From NCBI RefSeq assembly GCF_049075655.1, contig NZ_CP157522.1:1280001-1344000 (forward strand): 64,000 nt of DNA, read 5' to 3'. Shown one piece after another: positions 49,498 to 60,868 of the stretch. The notes beneath the pieces are model-generated. The model saw only the letters and a program-made list of their open reading frames with translations, did not search any database and was not told the DNA's origin. The translations under genes and the position numbers were made by a program. The DNA comes from Methanothermococcus sp. Ax23. Lineage in GTDB: Archaea; AGJL01; Methanococci; Methanococcales; Methanococcaceae. Every line of letters starts with the position of its first letter. The first letter of the stretch is position 1.

Positions 49498-49709
49498 AAT
49501 TTCACCATTTTTAATATCATACATGAAAAAAACATTATCCAAAAACCATATATTTATTTATTTATTTATTTATTTTACAACTTTGAATATTTAAATTAAT
49601 AAATAAAATTTTCAAAAATTAAACTTTTAGCATTCATTTTTATCATAAAATAAACCCATAACTCATACATTTCATATATAATTTAAAAAGAAAAACAATA
49701 TAAAAATAA

Positions 49710-50963
49710 TTATTCGTTTGTAATATATCCTTTAACAGCACTCTTTGCCGCAATTGCTGGGGATGCTAAATATATTTCAGCATTTACATTGCCCATTCTT
49801 CCTTTAAAGTTTCTGTTTGTTGTAGCTAAACATACTTCACCATCTGCAAGAACTCCCTGGTGAGCTCCTAAACATGGACCACATCCCGGTGTGCATATGA
49901 GAGCTCCGGCATCAACAAAAATATCAATCAAACCTTCATTCAATGCCTGTTTAAATATTGATTTTGATGCAGGAATTACAATCAGTCTTACGTCTTTATG
50001 AACCTTTTTTCCCTTCAAATACTTTGCCGCAATTCTTAAATCATTTAATCTTCCATTTGTGCAGGAGCCAATAAACACCTGGTCGATATGTGTTCCATTT
50101 ACTTCTGAAACTGGTTTAACATTATCTGGATGGTGCGGGCAGGCAATCTGCTCTTCCATATCGGTTATATCTATATCTATTACCTTATAATAATCCTCTT
50201 CTTTTTCATTTACTGTAATTCTGTTCTGTTTTAAATTCAATAGTTCCTTTTCACTAATTCTATTTTTTAGGTAGCTATATGTTGTTTCATCTGCCTCGAT
50301 TAGCCCGGCCTTTCCACCCATCTCAATAGCCATGTTGCTTAAAACCATCCTGTCTTCCATATCTAAATTTTTAATGGCTTCTCCACCGTATTCAAGAGCC
50401 ATGTATGTGGCTCCTCTTCTTCCAACCTCTTTACAGATTCTTAAAATAATGTCCTTTCCGGTGATTTTCTCATTTTTTCCATTTACATTTACTCTAATTG
50501 TTTTTGGAACCTTCATCCATGTTTTTCCTGTTGCAAATATATACCCCATATCTGTTGCTCCAAATCCTGTGGAAAATGCCCCAAATGCTCCATAAGTGCA
50601 TGTATGACTATCTCCTCCTGCGATTACCATGTTTGGCTTTACATGTCCTTTTTCAGGAAGAACCTGATGGCAAACTCCTTCGCCTTCAAAATAATAATGT
50701 TTTATATTCTGCTCTTTTATAAATTCTCTTGTTATTTTCTGCATGTTTGCAGCTTTTGATGTGTTTGCTGGAACATTGTGGTCAAAAACTATCACTATTT
50801 TTTCGTTATCCCAGACTTTATCTGTTATCTGTCTAAATGCCTTTGCTGATAATGGTGTTGTTCCATCATGTGTCATAGCTAAATCGATGCCTACTTCTAT
50901 TGTATCTCCTGCATAAACTTTTTTTCCTAATTTTTTTGATAAAATTTCCTCTGCTAATGTCAT
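49710..50963 (-). CDS. hacA: Homoaconitase large subunit (HacA/AksD, LeuC family)
   Basis: HDGTTP, DSHTCT, IGSCTNGR, CGPCLG; N-terminus resembles MJ1003 as recalled. Confidence 0.85.
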   Translation of the reverse strand: MTLAEEILSKKLGKKVYAGDTIEVGIDLAMTHDGTTPLSAKAFRQITDKVWDNEKIVIVFDHNVPANTSKAANMQKITREFIKEQNIKHYYFEGEGVCHQVLPEKGHVKPNMVIAGGDSHTCTYGAFGAFSTGFGATDMGYIFATGKTWMKVPKTIRVNVNGKNEKITGKDIILRICKEVGRRGATYMALEYGGEAIKNLDMEDRMVLSNMAIEMGGKAGLIEADETTYSYLKNRISEKELLNLKQNRITVNEKEEDYYKVIDIDITDMEEQIACPHHPDNVKPVSEVNGTHIDQVFIGSCTNGRLNDLRIAAKYLKGKKVHKDVRLIVIPASKSIFKQALNEGLIDIFVDAGALICTPGCGPCLGAHQGVLADGEVCLATTNRNFKGRMGNVNAEIYLASPAIAAKSAVKGYITNE

Positions 50964-51090
50964 ATTTTTCCTCTGTTTTAAATTTACTAATAATACAAAT
51001 CATCAATAAAAAAGCATAATGAATCATAGCAAAATAAGACAACAATATATAAAAATATTATTTATAAATTTTTGTAAAAATTAGTATAAT

Positions 51091-52062
51091 TTAGTATATA
51101 TATGAATTTTCATCATCTAATCTATTTGGATTTATTTCAACAAGTATTTCTCCATCTTTAAATACTCTAACTATTCCACCACTTTCAGAAACTGTAATGG
51201 CTATTGCATCGGTATGTTTTGAGATAGCCGCAGCTGCATAATGCCGAGCTCCGAGACCTAATGGGAGATTCAAATTACCGCCAATACATTCTATGTATCT
51301 TCCAGCAGACTTTACCTCTCCTTTTTCAGTGATTATAAATGCACCATCTATTGTGGAGAGCTCCTTTATTGTTCCTTTAACCTTTTTATCAAATATTATT
51401 GCATTATGGCCCTCAAATGGATTCAATATCAACTGACTTGACATTTTAAGCACTTTTTCAGTATCCCCTATGACAAATATGGTTCCTACGGGTTTCCCTT
51501 CTCTACCTTCCACAGCGAGCTCCATGGCAATATCCAATATTTCATTAATAATCAATCCTTCAATTTTTTTTATGGAGTTTATAAACTGATAAAACTTCAA
51601 TATTGGACTGTAATTATTTACTTCAATTAGGGATATTGTGTCTGTTCCACCAGAGACTTTTGGAAGTCCCAATATAGCTACTATTAAATCCCCTTTTTTT
51701 ATAAGGTTATTTTCAAATAATTTTATGATTGCCTGTTTTGTCATTGTGGTTTTGTATTTATTCCGATAATTCATCAATATAGGTATTATCCTTTTTTCAT
51801 TTTTAAGATTAAAGTAGGTATCTTCATTTGGCGTAGATACTATTATTTTTAAATCACTCCCAGTGAAGTCTTTTTTACAATTTTCTCCATTATGTGTATT
51901 ACTATTAGATTCAATTCCTGCCTGAGAATCCTCAATGGATTCTAAATATTCTTTAAATATATTGTATGTTTTACCTGTTTCTGTAAATATCAAAAATATA
52001 TCTGCATTTACATCGATAGCTAATTTATATCCATATTTTAAAATTGATTTAATCCTATCCAT
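51091..52062 (-). CDS. dacZ: Diadenylate cyclase, DacZ type (pyruvate-kinase-C-like plus DisA_N)
   Basis: EGREGKPVG, IDGAF, GLGARH, VSESGG. Confidence 0.88.
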   Translation of the reverse strand: MDRIKSILKYGYKLAIDVNADIFLIFTETGKTYNIFKEYLESIEDSQAGIESNSNTHNGENCKKDFTGSDLKIIVSTPNEDTYFNLKNEKRIIPILMNYRNKYKTTMTKQAIIKLFENNLIKKGDLIVAILGLPKVSGGTDTISLIEVNNYSPILKFYQFINSIKKIEGLIINEILDIAMELAVEGREGKPVGTIFVIGDTEKVLKMSSQLILNPFEGHNAIIFDKKVKGTIKELSTIDGAFIITEKGEVKSAGRYIECIGGNLNLPLGLGARHYAAAAISKHTDAIAITVSESGGIVRVFKDGEILVEINPNRLDDENSYIY

Positions 52063-52131
52063 CGAGCCACCAATTATATTAATAATTTAGTAATTGATAA
52101 TTTAATAATTTTTATTATTATTTTTATTTTA

Positions 52132-53502
52132 TTATAAATCCTCCACAAGAGAAGAAGCGAAATAAGGATTACCTACACAATGTTGATGGGCATAACCTCC
52201 AAGAACTCTTCCATCGTTGGATAGTATGCCATCCATATTATTTATTATACCTCTTCCCCTATTTATTTTATATGCAAATAATTTTTCTTTTATGTTTATT
52301 AACTTTGAATAATGGAATTCATGGGCTTTAAATTCACATTCTTTTTTTCCAGTTGGACAGTTATGCATGAATGTTCCCCTAACATAACTTAACCCCTGAA
52401 CATTCTCAGTCATTATGGAATCACAATTTAATACTTTTAACATTTCAATGCCATTTATGGAATTGGTTAAATACATCAATCCTCCGCATTCTCCGTAGAT
52501 TTTACCATCGAAGTTTCTTATTGATTCAATCATTGATTTGTTTTTATTCAATTCATTTGCAAAAATTTCTGGATAGCCTCCCCCAAAATAAAGAACATCA
52601 CAATTGGGAATGCATTCATCATTCAATGGGCTGAAAAATTTAAGTTTTGCTCCATTTTCTTCCAACGCATCGAAGTTATCCCAATAATAAAAATTAAATA
52701 CTTCGTCATATGCTACCCCAATGGTGCATTTATTTTTATGTATATTCCAGAGTGTGCGGTTTTCATCATCGATACTTTCAATGGCTTCATTATCATTATT
52801 AAACTCATTATTTTCACTTATTTCGACGATTTTATCCAAATCAAGATATTCTTCAACGACATGCCCCCACATGTCTATATTTTTATTAAGATTATCCCTA
52901 TTTTCAGGCGTTGGAACAAGCCCTAAGTGTCTCTGAGATACTTCAAGCTTTTCATCTCTTGGGATTGCTCCAATTATTTCTATATCTGGAACATAGTAAT
53001 TTACAGCATCCTTTAATTTTTTGTAGTGCTTTTCCCCTCTTATTTTGTTAAATATAACTCCCTGAATATCCACATTTTCATCAAAACTTTTAAATCCTTT
53101 TATGACTGCGGCTGCACTTCTAGTTAAACTCCTTGCGTCCATTATTAATATCACAGGAGTATTTAATGATTTTGAAACTGATGCAGTGCTTCCTACATCA
53201 TTATATGGGGATATCCCCTCATACAATCCTCTGACCCCCTCTATGATGCTTATATCTTTATTTTTAGAATTTCTTTTAAACAGTTCTTTAATCTGATAAT
53301 TTTCCATAAAAAATGAATCTAAGTTTCTACTACGGTTTCCTGTGGCTGATGTATGGTATGTGGGGTCAATATAATCAGGACCTATTTTGTAAGGCTGGAT
53401 ATTGTATTTTTTTGAAAGTGCCTTCATTATTCCTGTTGATATGGTGGTCTTTCCGACCATTGAAGAAGTTCCAGCTAACACGACTCTCCTAAGGTTTTTC
53501 AT
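52132..53502 (-). CDS. cfbB: Cobyrinate/Ni-sirohydrochlorin a,c-diamide synthase (CbiA/CfbB)
   Basis: GKTT, GPDYIDP, EGVRGLY, RHLGL, GECGG, HEFHYS. Confidence 0.85.
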   Translation of the reverse strand: MKNLRRVVLAGTSSMVGKTTISTGIMKALSKKYNIQPYKIGPDYIDPTYHTSATGNRSRNLDSFFMENYQIKELFKRNSKNKDISIIEGVRGLYEGISPYNDVGSTASVSKSLNTPVILIMDARSLTRSAAAVIKGFKSFDENVDIQGVIFNKIRGEKHYKKLKDAVNYYVPDIEIIGAIPRDEKLEVSQRHLGLVPTPENRDNLNKNIDMWGHVVEEYLDLDKIVEISENNEFNNDNEAIESIDDENRTLWNIHKNKCTIGVAYDEVFNFYYWDNFDALEENGAKLKFFSPLNDECIPNCDVLYFGGGYPEIFANELNKNKSMIESIRNFDGKIYGECGGLMYLTNSINGIEMLKVLNCDSIMTENVQGLSYVRGTFMHNCPTGKKECEFKAHEFHYSKLINIKEKLFAYKINRGRGIINNMDGILSNDGRVLGGYAHQHCVGNPYFASSLVEDL

Positions 53503-53865
53503 AATTTCCCTTTTTGATATTTTTAATATAATACTATCCAAATTTGATAGGTTTTAGTCTCTATTTCTATTAAATGATTTTTATAGTTTATTATTTTTTA
53601 TTCAACGAGATGGTATCACATATTTTTTAGAAATTAAAATTAATTTAAGATTTTAAGATTTTCCAAATAACATTTAATATATATTAAAAATTATATATTA
53701 TACGTGCTGTATTAATCATTATGAATATATTTTATTGTATAGGCTATCTTTTATTATTATATTAACTATCGGAGCTCCAATATAACAAGTAGGATAAAAA
53801 TATTTATTTTCAATGGCACTGAGCTCAGATTGCTATAACAAGATTTTTATAGATATGGTGAAACA

Positions 53866-54675
53866 ATGTTCTGCGACCAAAACTATAAATTTGGAGTTCT
53901 TCCAAAAAAGGACGGGTTTATGATAAGAATATCTTTAAAACCGGGATATATTACTTCTAAACAATTAGATGCTATAAGCTATATTGCAAAGCACTATGGC
54001 GAAGATAAAGTCCATATAACAAACCGACAAGGTATGGAATTAAAAATAAGGCATGAACATCTTGAAGATGCAGAAGAACTATTGAATGATGTAGGACTTA
54101 AATTAGGTTCCACTGGGAAGCGTATAAGACAGATTAAATCATGTATTGGAAAAGAATGTCAAAACTCCATTGGAAACTCTATAAGCTTGGCAGAATTATT
54201 GCACAATGAATTTGAAGGAATATGGGTTCCAAAAAAATTAAAAATAAACATAAGTGGCTGTCCAAACGATTGTGCATGGGCTAAATTCTGCGATGTTGGC
54301 ATTATCTTTCGATATACTATGGATATAAACGGTAAGGAGTGTTCAGGTTGTGGAAAATGTGAAGAATTTTGTGAAGTATGTGCAATAGATTGGAAAAATC
54401 AGACAATATCTGAAAAATGTATTGGAACAGGAGAATGTCTTAAACTTTGCGGAGCTCTGGAAGTTAAAGATGAAGTCATGTCAATATATATTGGTGGAAA
54501 AGGGGGGAAATTTCCAAAAATGGGAAAACATATTTTAAATGTTAAAACAGAAGATGAAGTTGTCGATATAGTTGATTTGATAATTGAAAAATATGCAAAA
54601 TATGGAAAAAAAAGAGTATATGATTTAGTTAAAGAATACAATGTTAATACTATTGAAGATATTGAAAATATCTAA
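53866..54675 (+). CDS. Small dissimilatory-sulfite-reductase-like (Dsr-LP) protein with ferredoxin insert
   Basis: TNRQGME, CIGKEC..GCPNDC siroheme/Fe-S ligands, CSGCGKC. Confidence 0.82.
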   Translation: MFCDQNYKFGVLPKKDGFMIRISLKPGYITSKQLDAISYIAKHYGEDKVHITNRQGMELKIRHEHLEDAEELLNDVGLKLGSTGKRIRQIKSCIGKECQNSIGNSISLAELLHNEFEGIWVPKKLKINISGCPNDCAWAKFCDVGIIFRYTMDINGKECSGCGKCEEFCEVCAIDWKNQTISEKCIGTGECLKLCGALEVKDEVMSIYIGGKGGKFPKMGKHILNVKTEDEVVDIVDLIIEKYAKYGKKRVYDLVKEYNVNTIEDIENI

Positions 54676-54735
54676 AATTACATAATAAAAACTAAGGTGA
54701 TACAAATAAATAATAAAAATAGATAAATGGATTAA

Positions 54736-55998
54736 TTAATCCAACCTGTATCTCAATATTGCAGCAATACCTTTAAATGCTTTATATATCTGGCTTCCTT
54801 CTTCGGTATCTGTTGAGACAATCTTTAAATTTGCCCCTGATTCATCACACAATCTTGCAAAGTATTCAATTATATCCTCTGTTTCATCAATATAGAGCAT
54901 ACCTCCACAGTTTGGACAGGTTTTTGTTTTTAGAGCTTCTTCAACTTTTGGGAGCTCGTCATTTTTTACATTCATTTCCTCTGTGAAATCACAGTTATTA
55001 CATTTTATTGTTATTCTTGACATGTTGATGTTATCTGTAACAATTAGGGTATCCACTGCCCCCATTTGAAGATACTTCATAACCTCTTTTTCACCATATG
55101 CCGCAAGACCACCATCTTCTTTTATGAGCTCCTTGAAGAATTTTTGAACAACTTCCTTTTCCTTCATTAAATCTAAATCCCTTAAAAGACCTGATGCCTT
55201 ATCTAAAAGTTCTCTTACTCCAAATTCCTCAGTATAACATAAATCAAATGTATCTATTACCTTCTTTTTTAACTCATGGTGCAGATAGTCCTTATTTACA
55301 AATTCGTTTTTAGTATTTCCAGGACCTCCAACAAGTATGCCACTTAATTTTTTCTGCTCCAATAGTGGCAAAAACTCCTCATTTGCATACTCTCCAACCC
55401 TTACCATAAACTGATTTGCAGCATCATCTATCAATCTTTCAAGCCTTCTCGCTGACTGACCTCCTGCTCTAAATTTTCCCGGAACACCACTGGTTAATCT
55501 TTTTGCTATTTGGATGTTCTTTCCCTTAACAAGAGCAATTGTAGCTTCGTTTCTGTCAATAAGTATAACTCCGTATATGTCTTTTTCTTGAATAAAGTCC
55601 TCCAATGGCTCTGTGTAAAATTGGGAATCACATCTATATATAAATGTTTTTACAGGTTCAGGGGGTTCTAATACATAGGTTTCCATTTTTTCAGTTCCAG
55701 GACCTCCTCTTGGAATCATCCCTGCAAATATAATTACTCCTTTTTCAAGGGGTTCTTTTAAAAGTTTTAATCTCTGCAATATTACCTCAATTGCTGATTG
55801 AACATTTTTCTTTGTAGTTTTACTTTTGATGTTTGAAGATTGTGAGAGCTCCTCCCTAAGATACTGTCCAACATCAGATAGTCTTTTCCCTGCTGGAATA
55901 TATAAACTGATTAATTCCGTTCCCTTTCCTTTTTTATCTTTCAATTCTTTAAGTGCTTTCTTAAATAGATAAACATCTGTTGCTGAATTTTCGCTCAT
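54736..55998 (-). CDS. prf1: Peptide chain release factor aRF1
   Basis: NIKS, YRCD and GGQ motifs. Confidence 0.97.
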   Translation of the reverse strand: MSENSATDVYLFKKALKELKDKKGKGTELISLYIPAGKRLSDVGQYLREELSQSSNIKSKTTKKNVQSAIEVILQRLKLLKEPLEKGVIIFAGMIPRGGPGTEKMETYVLEPPEPVKTFIYRCDSQFYTEPLEDFIQEKDIYGVILIDRNEATIALVKGKNIQIAKRLTSGVPGKFRAGGQSARRLERLIDDAANQFMVRVGEYANEEFLPLLEQKKLSGILVGGPGNTKNEFVNKDYLHHELKKKVIDTFDLCYTEEFGVRELLDKASGLLRDLDLMKEKEVVQKFFKELIKEDGGLAAYGEKEVMKYLQMGAVDTLIVTDNINMSRITIKCNNCDFTEEMNVKNDELPKVEEALKTKTCPNCGGMLYIDETEDIIEYFARLCDESGANLKIVSTDTEEGSQIYKAFKGIAAILRYRLD

Positions 55999-56327
55999 GA
56001 AATCACCGTGATAATTTGATAATAAATATCTATTGGATTAAATATATAAAATGGTTAATAATAAAAGAGCATATTTATTTAAATATATTATTATAATTTT
56101 AAAATTACCAATGAAGTTTAAAAATAGAAACTATATTTTCAAATTAATATTTAACAATCCTATATTTAGATTAATCATAAGACCACCAATCATTTACTTT
56201 TATTAGTAAAAAATAATATATATAGTTTTGGTATTCACAATTTCGAAAATAATATATAGTTTAATCAAAAGATGAATAAATGATACAATCTTCATAAGTG
56301 TTTTTTATTGTAATTATGGGTGAAATG

Positions 56328-57188
56328 ATGAAAAAAATGATAAAAAAGGCAGTAATACCTGCGGCGGGTTTTGGAACAAGATTATTACCAATTACAAAGG
56401 CTAAACCAAAGGAAATGCTTACGGTTGTGGGAAAACCTATTATACAGTATGTAATCGAAGATTTAGCAGATGCAGGCGTTGATAATATTTTAATAGTTAC
56501 AGGGAAAGGAAAGAGTGCAATAGAGAACCATTTTGATAGAAATTTTGAATTAGAGGATAAATTAAAAAACAACGGAAAACAGGAATTATTGAACATGATT
56601 AGAAAAATTGACAACCTTGCAAATATATATTACACCAGACAGAAAGAACAGAAAGGGCTGGGGGACGCGATAAACTGTGGAAAAGAATTTGTTGGAAAAG
56701 AATATTTTTTGGCGATGGTGGGGGATACAATATACTCTGGAAATGTCGTTAAAAAGATGCTTGAAGCATATAACAAATATAAATGTTCTGTAATTGTGCT
56801 TGAAAGGGTTCCAAAAGAAATGGTTTATAAATATGGTGTAATATCTGGAAAAGAGATTGAAAAAGGCATTTTTGAAATAGATGATTTAGTTGAAAAACCA
56901 GCAGTCGAGGAAGCTCCATCAAATTTAATAATTACTGGTGCCTATCTCCTATCGCCTAAAATTTTCAAACATTTGGAAAATACAAAAGTAGGAAAAGGTG
57001 GGGAAATCCAGCTAACTGATGCTATGAAATCTCTTTTAAGCGAAGAAAAGATAATAGGTGTTGAAATAAATTACAAAAGATATGATATAGGGGATATTGA
57101 AGGATGGTTAAAGGCAAATGTTGAAATTGCATTGGAGGAAATTCCTGGATTTAAAGAGTATTTAAAAGAAATAATCGAAGAAAAATAA
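56328..57188 (+). CDS. galU: UTP-glucose-1-phosphate uridylyltransferase
   Basis: PAAGFGTRLLP.TKA.PKEML, VEKP, GEIQLTDA. Confidence 0.95.
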   Translation: MKKMIKKAVIPAAGFGTRLLPITKAKPKEMLTVVGKPIIQYVIEDLADAGVDNILIVTGKGKSAIENHFDRNFELEDKLKNNGKQELLNMIRKIDNLANIYYTRQKEQKGLGDAINCGKEFVGKEYFLAMVGDTIYSGNVVKKMLEAYNKYKCSVIVLERVPKEMVYKYGVISGKEIEKGIFEIDDLVEKPAVEEAPSNLIITGAYLLSPKIFKHLENTKVGKGGEIQLTDAMKSLLSEEKIIGVEINYKRYDIGDIEGWLKANVEIALEEIPGFKEYLKEIIEEK

Positions 57189-57212
57189 ACAGCATTTTTA
57201 TGTGGTGATGGT

Positions 57213-58124
57213 ATGAAAGTTTTAATTACTGGCGGGGCAGGGTTTATTGGAAGCCATATTGTTGATAAATTTTTAGATGATAATTATGAAGTTGTTGTTC
57301 TAGACAACCTAACCACGGGAAATTTAAAAAATCTAGATAATAAAGATATTGAATTTATAAACAAGGACATCTGCGATAATGACCTAAATCTTGAAGGTGT
57401 CGATGTAGTTATACATCACGGAGCTCAGATAAATGTCCGAACATCTGTTGAAAAACCTGTTTATGATGGCAATACAAATGTTTTAGGAACTTTGAATATT
57501 TTGGAAAAAATGAGAAAATACGATGTTAAAAAGATTATATTTGCATCATCAGGGGGAGCAGTATATGGGGAACCACATTATATGCCTGTTGATGAAAAGC
57601 ATCCGGTGGCTCCCATGTCTCCATACGGGCTAAGTAAATTTTGCGGAGAGGAATATATAAAACTGTATAATAGATTATATGGCATAGATTACACAATTTT
57701 GAGATATTCAAATGTATTTGGAGAGAGGCAAGACCCAATGGGAGAGGCGGGAGTAATAAGCATATTTATAGACAAAATCATGAATAACCAAAGACCTACA
57801 ATATTTGGAGATGGAAATCAAACAAGAGATTTTGTTTATGTTGGAGATGTGGCAAATGCAAATTTAATGGCACTAAATTGGAAGAATGAAATTGTAAATA
57901 TAGGAACTGGAAAAGAAACATCTGTTAATGAACTATATGAGGTAATCGCAAAGGAATTAAACTATAAGGACAAACCAATATATGACAAACCAAGAGAGGG
58001 AGAGGTTTATAGAATATCATTAAATATAAACAAGGCGGAAGAATTGGGATGGAAACCATCTGTGGATTTAAAAGAAGGTATTAAAAGAACTGTTGAATGG
58101 ATGAAAGGCCTAAAAAGTTTATAA
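57213..58124 (+). CDS. galE: UDP-glucose 4-epimerase-like extended SDR
   Basis: TGGAGFIG, SSGGAVYG, YGLSK. Confidence 0.85.
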   Translation: MKVLITGGAGFIGSHIVDKFLDDNYEVVVLDNLTTGNLKNLDNKDIEFINKDICDNDLNLEGVDVVIHHGAQINVRTSVEKPVYDGNTNVLGTLNILEKMRKYDVKKIIFASSGGAVYGEPHYMPVDEKHPVAPMSPYGLSKFCGEEYIKLYNRLYGIDYTILRYSNVFGERQDPMGEAGVISIFIDKIMNNQRPTIFGDGNQTRDFVYVGDVANANLMALNWKNEIVNIGTGKETSVNELYEVIAKELNYKDKPIYDKPREGEVYRISLNINKAEELGWKPSVDLKEGIKRTVEWMKGLKSL

Positions 58125-58162
58125 AAAGGTTATAATATAATATCTATCAATTTGGTGATAAT

Positions 58163-60868
58163 ATGAAAATATCAGTAATTGGAACAGGATATGTTGGATT
58201 AATTCAAAGTGTAGGTTTGGCAGAGTTTGGATTTGATGTAGTGGGTATAGATATAGACGAAACTAAGGTAAAACATCTCAATGGGGGTAAATGTCCATTG
58301 TATGAAGATGGGTTAGAGGAACTCCTGCAAAAACATGTTGGAAATAAATTGAAATTTACAACATCCTACGATGAAATAAAAGATTCAGATGTTATATTTT
58401 TATGTGTGGGAACTCCGCAGGATGATGAAGGAAATGCAGATTTAAGATTTATATATTCGGCAACCGAATCCATTAAAAACCAGTTGGATGATAGCTATAA
58501 GATTTTAGTTATAAAATCCACCGTGCCCATTGGAACAAATAGGAATATTAAGGAATTATTAAAAGATTATAATGTTGATGTAGTTTCAAACCCAGAATTT
58601 TTAAGAGAGGGGATTGCAGTTTATGACTTTTTTAATCCTGAAAGAATTGTATTAGGATTTGAAAATTTAAACAATGAAAAACCAATAGACATTATGAAAG
58701 AGATATATAGTCATTTTGATAATAATATTCCATTTATAATTACAGATTGGGAAAGTGCTGAGATGATAAAATACGCATCCAACGCATTTTTGGCAACCAA
58801 AATTTCCTTTGTAAATGAGCTCTCAAAATTAGCTGATAAAGTTGGTGCAGATATAAAAACCATAAGTGAGGCTATGGGAATTGATAAAAGGATTGGAAAC
58901 AAGTTTTTAAACGCTGGAATCGGATATGGCGGGAGCTGTTTCCATCCTGATGAAGTGTTATTTGTGGATTTTGGAAAAGGTTTAGAGTGCATGACATTTA
59001 AGGAGTTATTTGATGAGCTCAGTAAAGACAGTAATAGGATGGTAAAAATATTATCCATTGATGAAAATTTGAAATTGGATTTGGTGGATTTAAAATTGAT
59101 TACAAAAAGGGATTATTCCGATGATTTAATTGTTTTAAAAACGTCGATGGGAAGGGAGCTAAAAATAACAAAAGACCATCCTGTTGTTGTGATGAATGAA
59201 AATAAATTAAACATTAAATTAGCGGAAGATATTAAAGAAGGGGATGAAATAGCACTACCTAATGGAGAATTTAATAACAATAATAATATAATTACAATCG
59301 ATGTTTTAGAAGAAATAAAAAATACTCCATTAATTGAAAACACTTATTTAAATAATAAAGATATGGTGTTGAATGAGTTTGAGAATATAAGAACTCATTT
59401 ATCAAATAAATATGTTCATGATGTAAAGAAGAATGGGACTGTAAGAGCAAAGGATATGCTACCATTAAGAAACTTGTTAAATAAATACAATTATAATTCA
59501 AATAGGTTATTCACTGTAAGAAGCAAATCTACAACAATCCCCTCTAAAATTAAAATAGATAAAGATTTTGCTCGGCTTATTGGATATTATTTAGCGGAAG
59601 GTTGGATTTCGGAGGACAATGGAAGAAATAGAGTTAATAGAAAAAGAATTAGTTTTTCATTCGGAGGTCATGAGGATGAATATATTAACGATGTTAAAAA
59701 TATATTGAGTAAATTGGATATAAATTATATTGAAAAAGTTGGGAATGGTTCTCATTCTATAGTAATATCTTCAAAATTGTTAGCATATATCTTTGAAGAG
59801 GTATTAAAATGTGGAAACAATTGCTATAATAAACAAATACCACCACAAATATTCAATTCACCAGAGGATATTAAATGGGAGTTTTTAAAAGGTATTTTAA
59901 GAGGAGATGGAGGCATAGTTAGGTTGAACAATAATAAAAATTTAAATATCGAATATGGAACGGTAAGCAAAAAATTAGCAAATTCCCTAATGATATTATT
60001 GCAATCTTTTGGCATTACAACATCATTAAAAAGATGCTACAACAACAAAAGCACAGTATTAACCTATATCATAAGAATAAACGGATTAAACCAAGTCAAA
60101 AAAATCGGAGAATTGTTTGGAGAAAAGTGGAATAACTATAAAGAAATCGCAGATAATTATCAAAGAAATATAAAACCTACGGGCTATAAAAAGTTCGACA
60201 ATTATGCAACATTAAAGGTTAAATCTATTGAAAGAGAACATTACAATGAAGAAGTTTATAGTGTGGAAACAGACAATAATTTATTAATATCATCTTATGG
60301 AATGTTAATTCATAACTGCTTCCCAAAAGACGTCAAAGCGCTGATAAAACAGTTTGAAAACAATAATATATCTCCAAAATTAGTTAAAGCGACAGATGAA
60401 GTAAATGAAGAGCAAATATGCTGGTTTTTCAATAAAATTAAAAATTATTATAATGGTAATTTAAATCAAAAAACTTTTGCAGTTCTTGGATTGGCATTTA
60501 AACCCAATACTGATGATTTAAGGGAAAGTAGGGGAATAAAATTAATCGATTTATTATTGAAAAGCGGAGCAATAGTTAAGGGCTTTGATTATGTTGAAAA
60601 AGCAAGAGAAAATACCATCAACAGATATAAATTGGATAAATCAAAAGCATTTTATGGATATAATTTATATGTATTGGATGATTTATACGAAACCGTAAAA
60701 GATGCTGATGCAATTATAATAACCACAGAATATGATTTTAATAATGAAGATTGGGAAATGATAAAGAAGCTAGTTAAAAATAAAACCATATTTGATGGTA
60801 GGAATATCCTAAATGCCGATAAAATAAAAAAATTGGGATTTGAATATTATGGGGTTGGTAGGAAATGA
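58163..60868 (+). CDS. ugd: UDP-glucose 6-dehydrogenase containing an intein
   Basis: GTGYVG, NPEFLREG, GYGGS|CFPKD split by the intein, FKPNTDDLRES. Confidence 0.93.
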   Translation: MKISVIGTGYVGLIQSVGLAEFGFDVVGIDIDETKVKHLNGGKCPLYEDGLEELLQKHVGNKLKFTTSYDEIKDSDVIFLCVGTPQDDEGNADLRFIYSATESIKNQLDDSYKILVIKSTVPIGTNRNIKELLKDYNVDVVSNPEFLREGIAVYDFFNPERIVLGFENLNNEKPIDIMKEIYSHFDNNIPFIITDWESAEMIKYASNAFLATKISFVNELSKLADKVGADIKTISEAMGIDKRIGNKFLNAGIGYGGSCFHPDEVLFVDFGKGLECMTFKELFDELSKDSNRMVKILSIDENLKLDLVDLKLITKRDYSDDLIVLKTSMGRELKITKDHPVVVMNENKLNIKLAEDIKEGDEIALPNGEFNNNNNIITIDVLEEIKNTPLIENTYLNNKDMVLNEFENIRTHLSNKYVHDVKKNGTVRAKDMLPLRNLLNKYNYNSNRLFTVRSKSTTIPSKIKIDKDFARLIGYYLAEGWISEDNGRNRVNRKRISFSFGGHEDEYINDVKNILSKLDINYIEKVGNGSHSIVISSKLLAYIFEEVLKCGNNCYNKQIPPQIFNSPEDIKWEFLKGILRGDGGIVRLNNNKNLNIEYGTVSKKLANSLMILLQSFGITTSLKRCYNNKSTVLTYIIRINGLNQVKKIGELFGEKWNNYKEIADNYQRNIKPTGYKKFDNYATLKVKSIEREHYNEEVYSVETDNNLLISSYGMLIHNCFPKDVKALIKQFENNNISPKLVKATDEVNEEQICWFFNKIKNYYNGNLNQKTFAVLGLAFKPNTDDLRESRGIKLIDLLLKSGAIVKGFDYVEKARENTINRYKLDKSKAFYGYNLYVLDDLYETVKDADAIIITTEYDFNNEDWEMIKKLVKNKTIFDGRNILNADKIKKLGFEYYGVGRK
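58937..60316 (+). mobile_element. Intein (460 aa) with LAGLIDADG endonuclease at the catalytic Cys of Ugd
   Basis: Starts CFHPDE, block B TKDHPV, GYYLAEG and KGILRGDG, ends LIHN before Cys. Confidence 0.93.
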
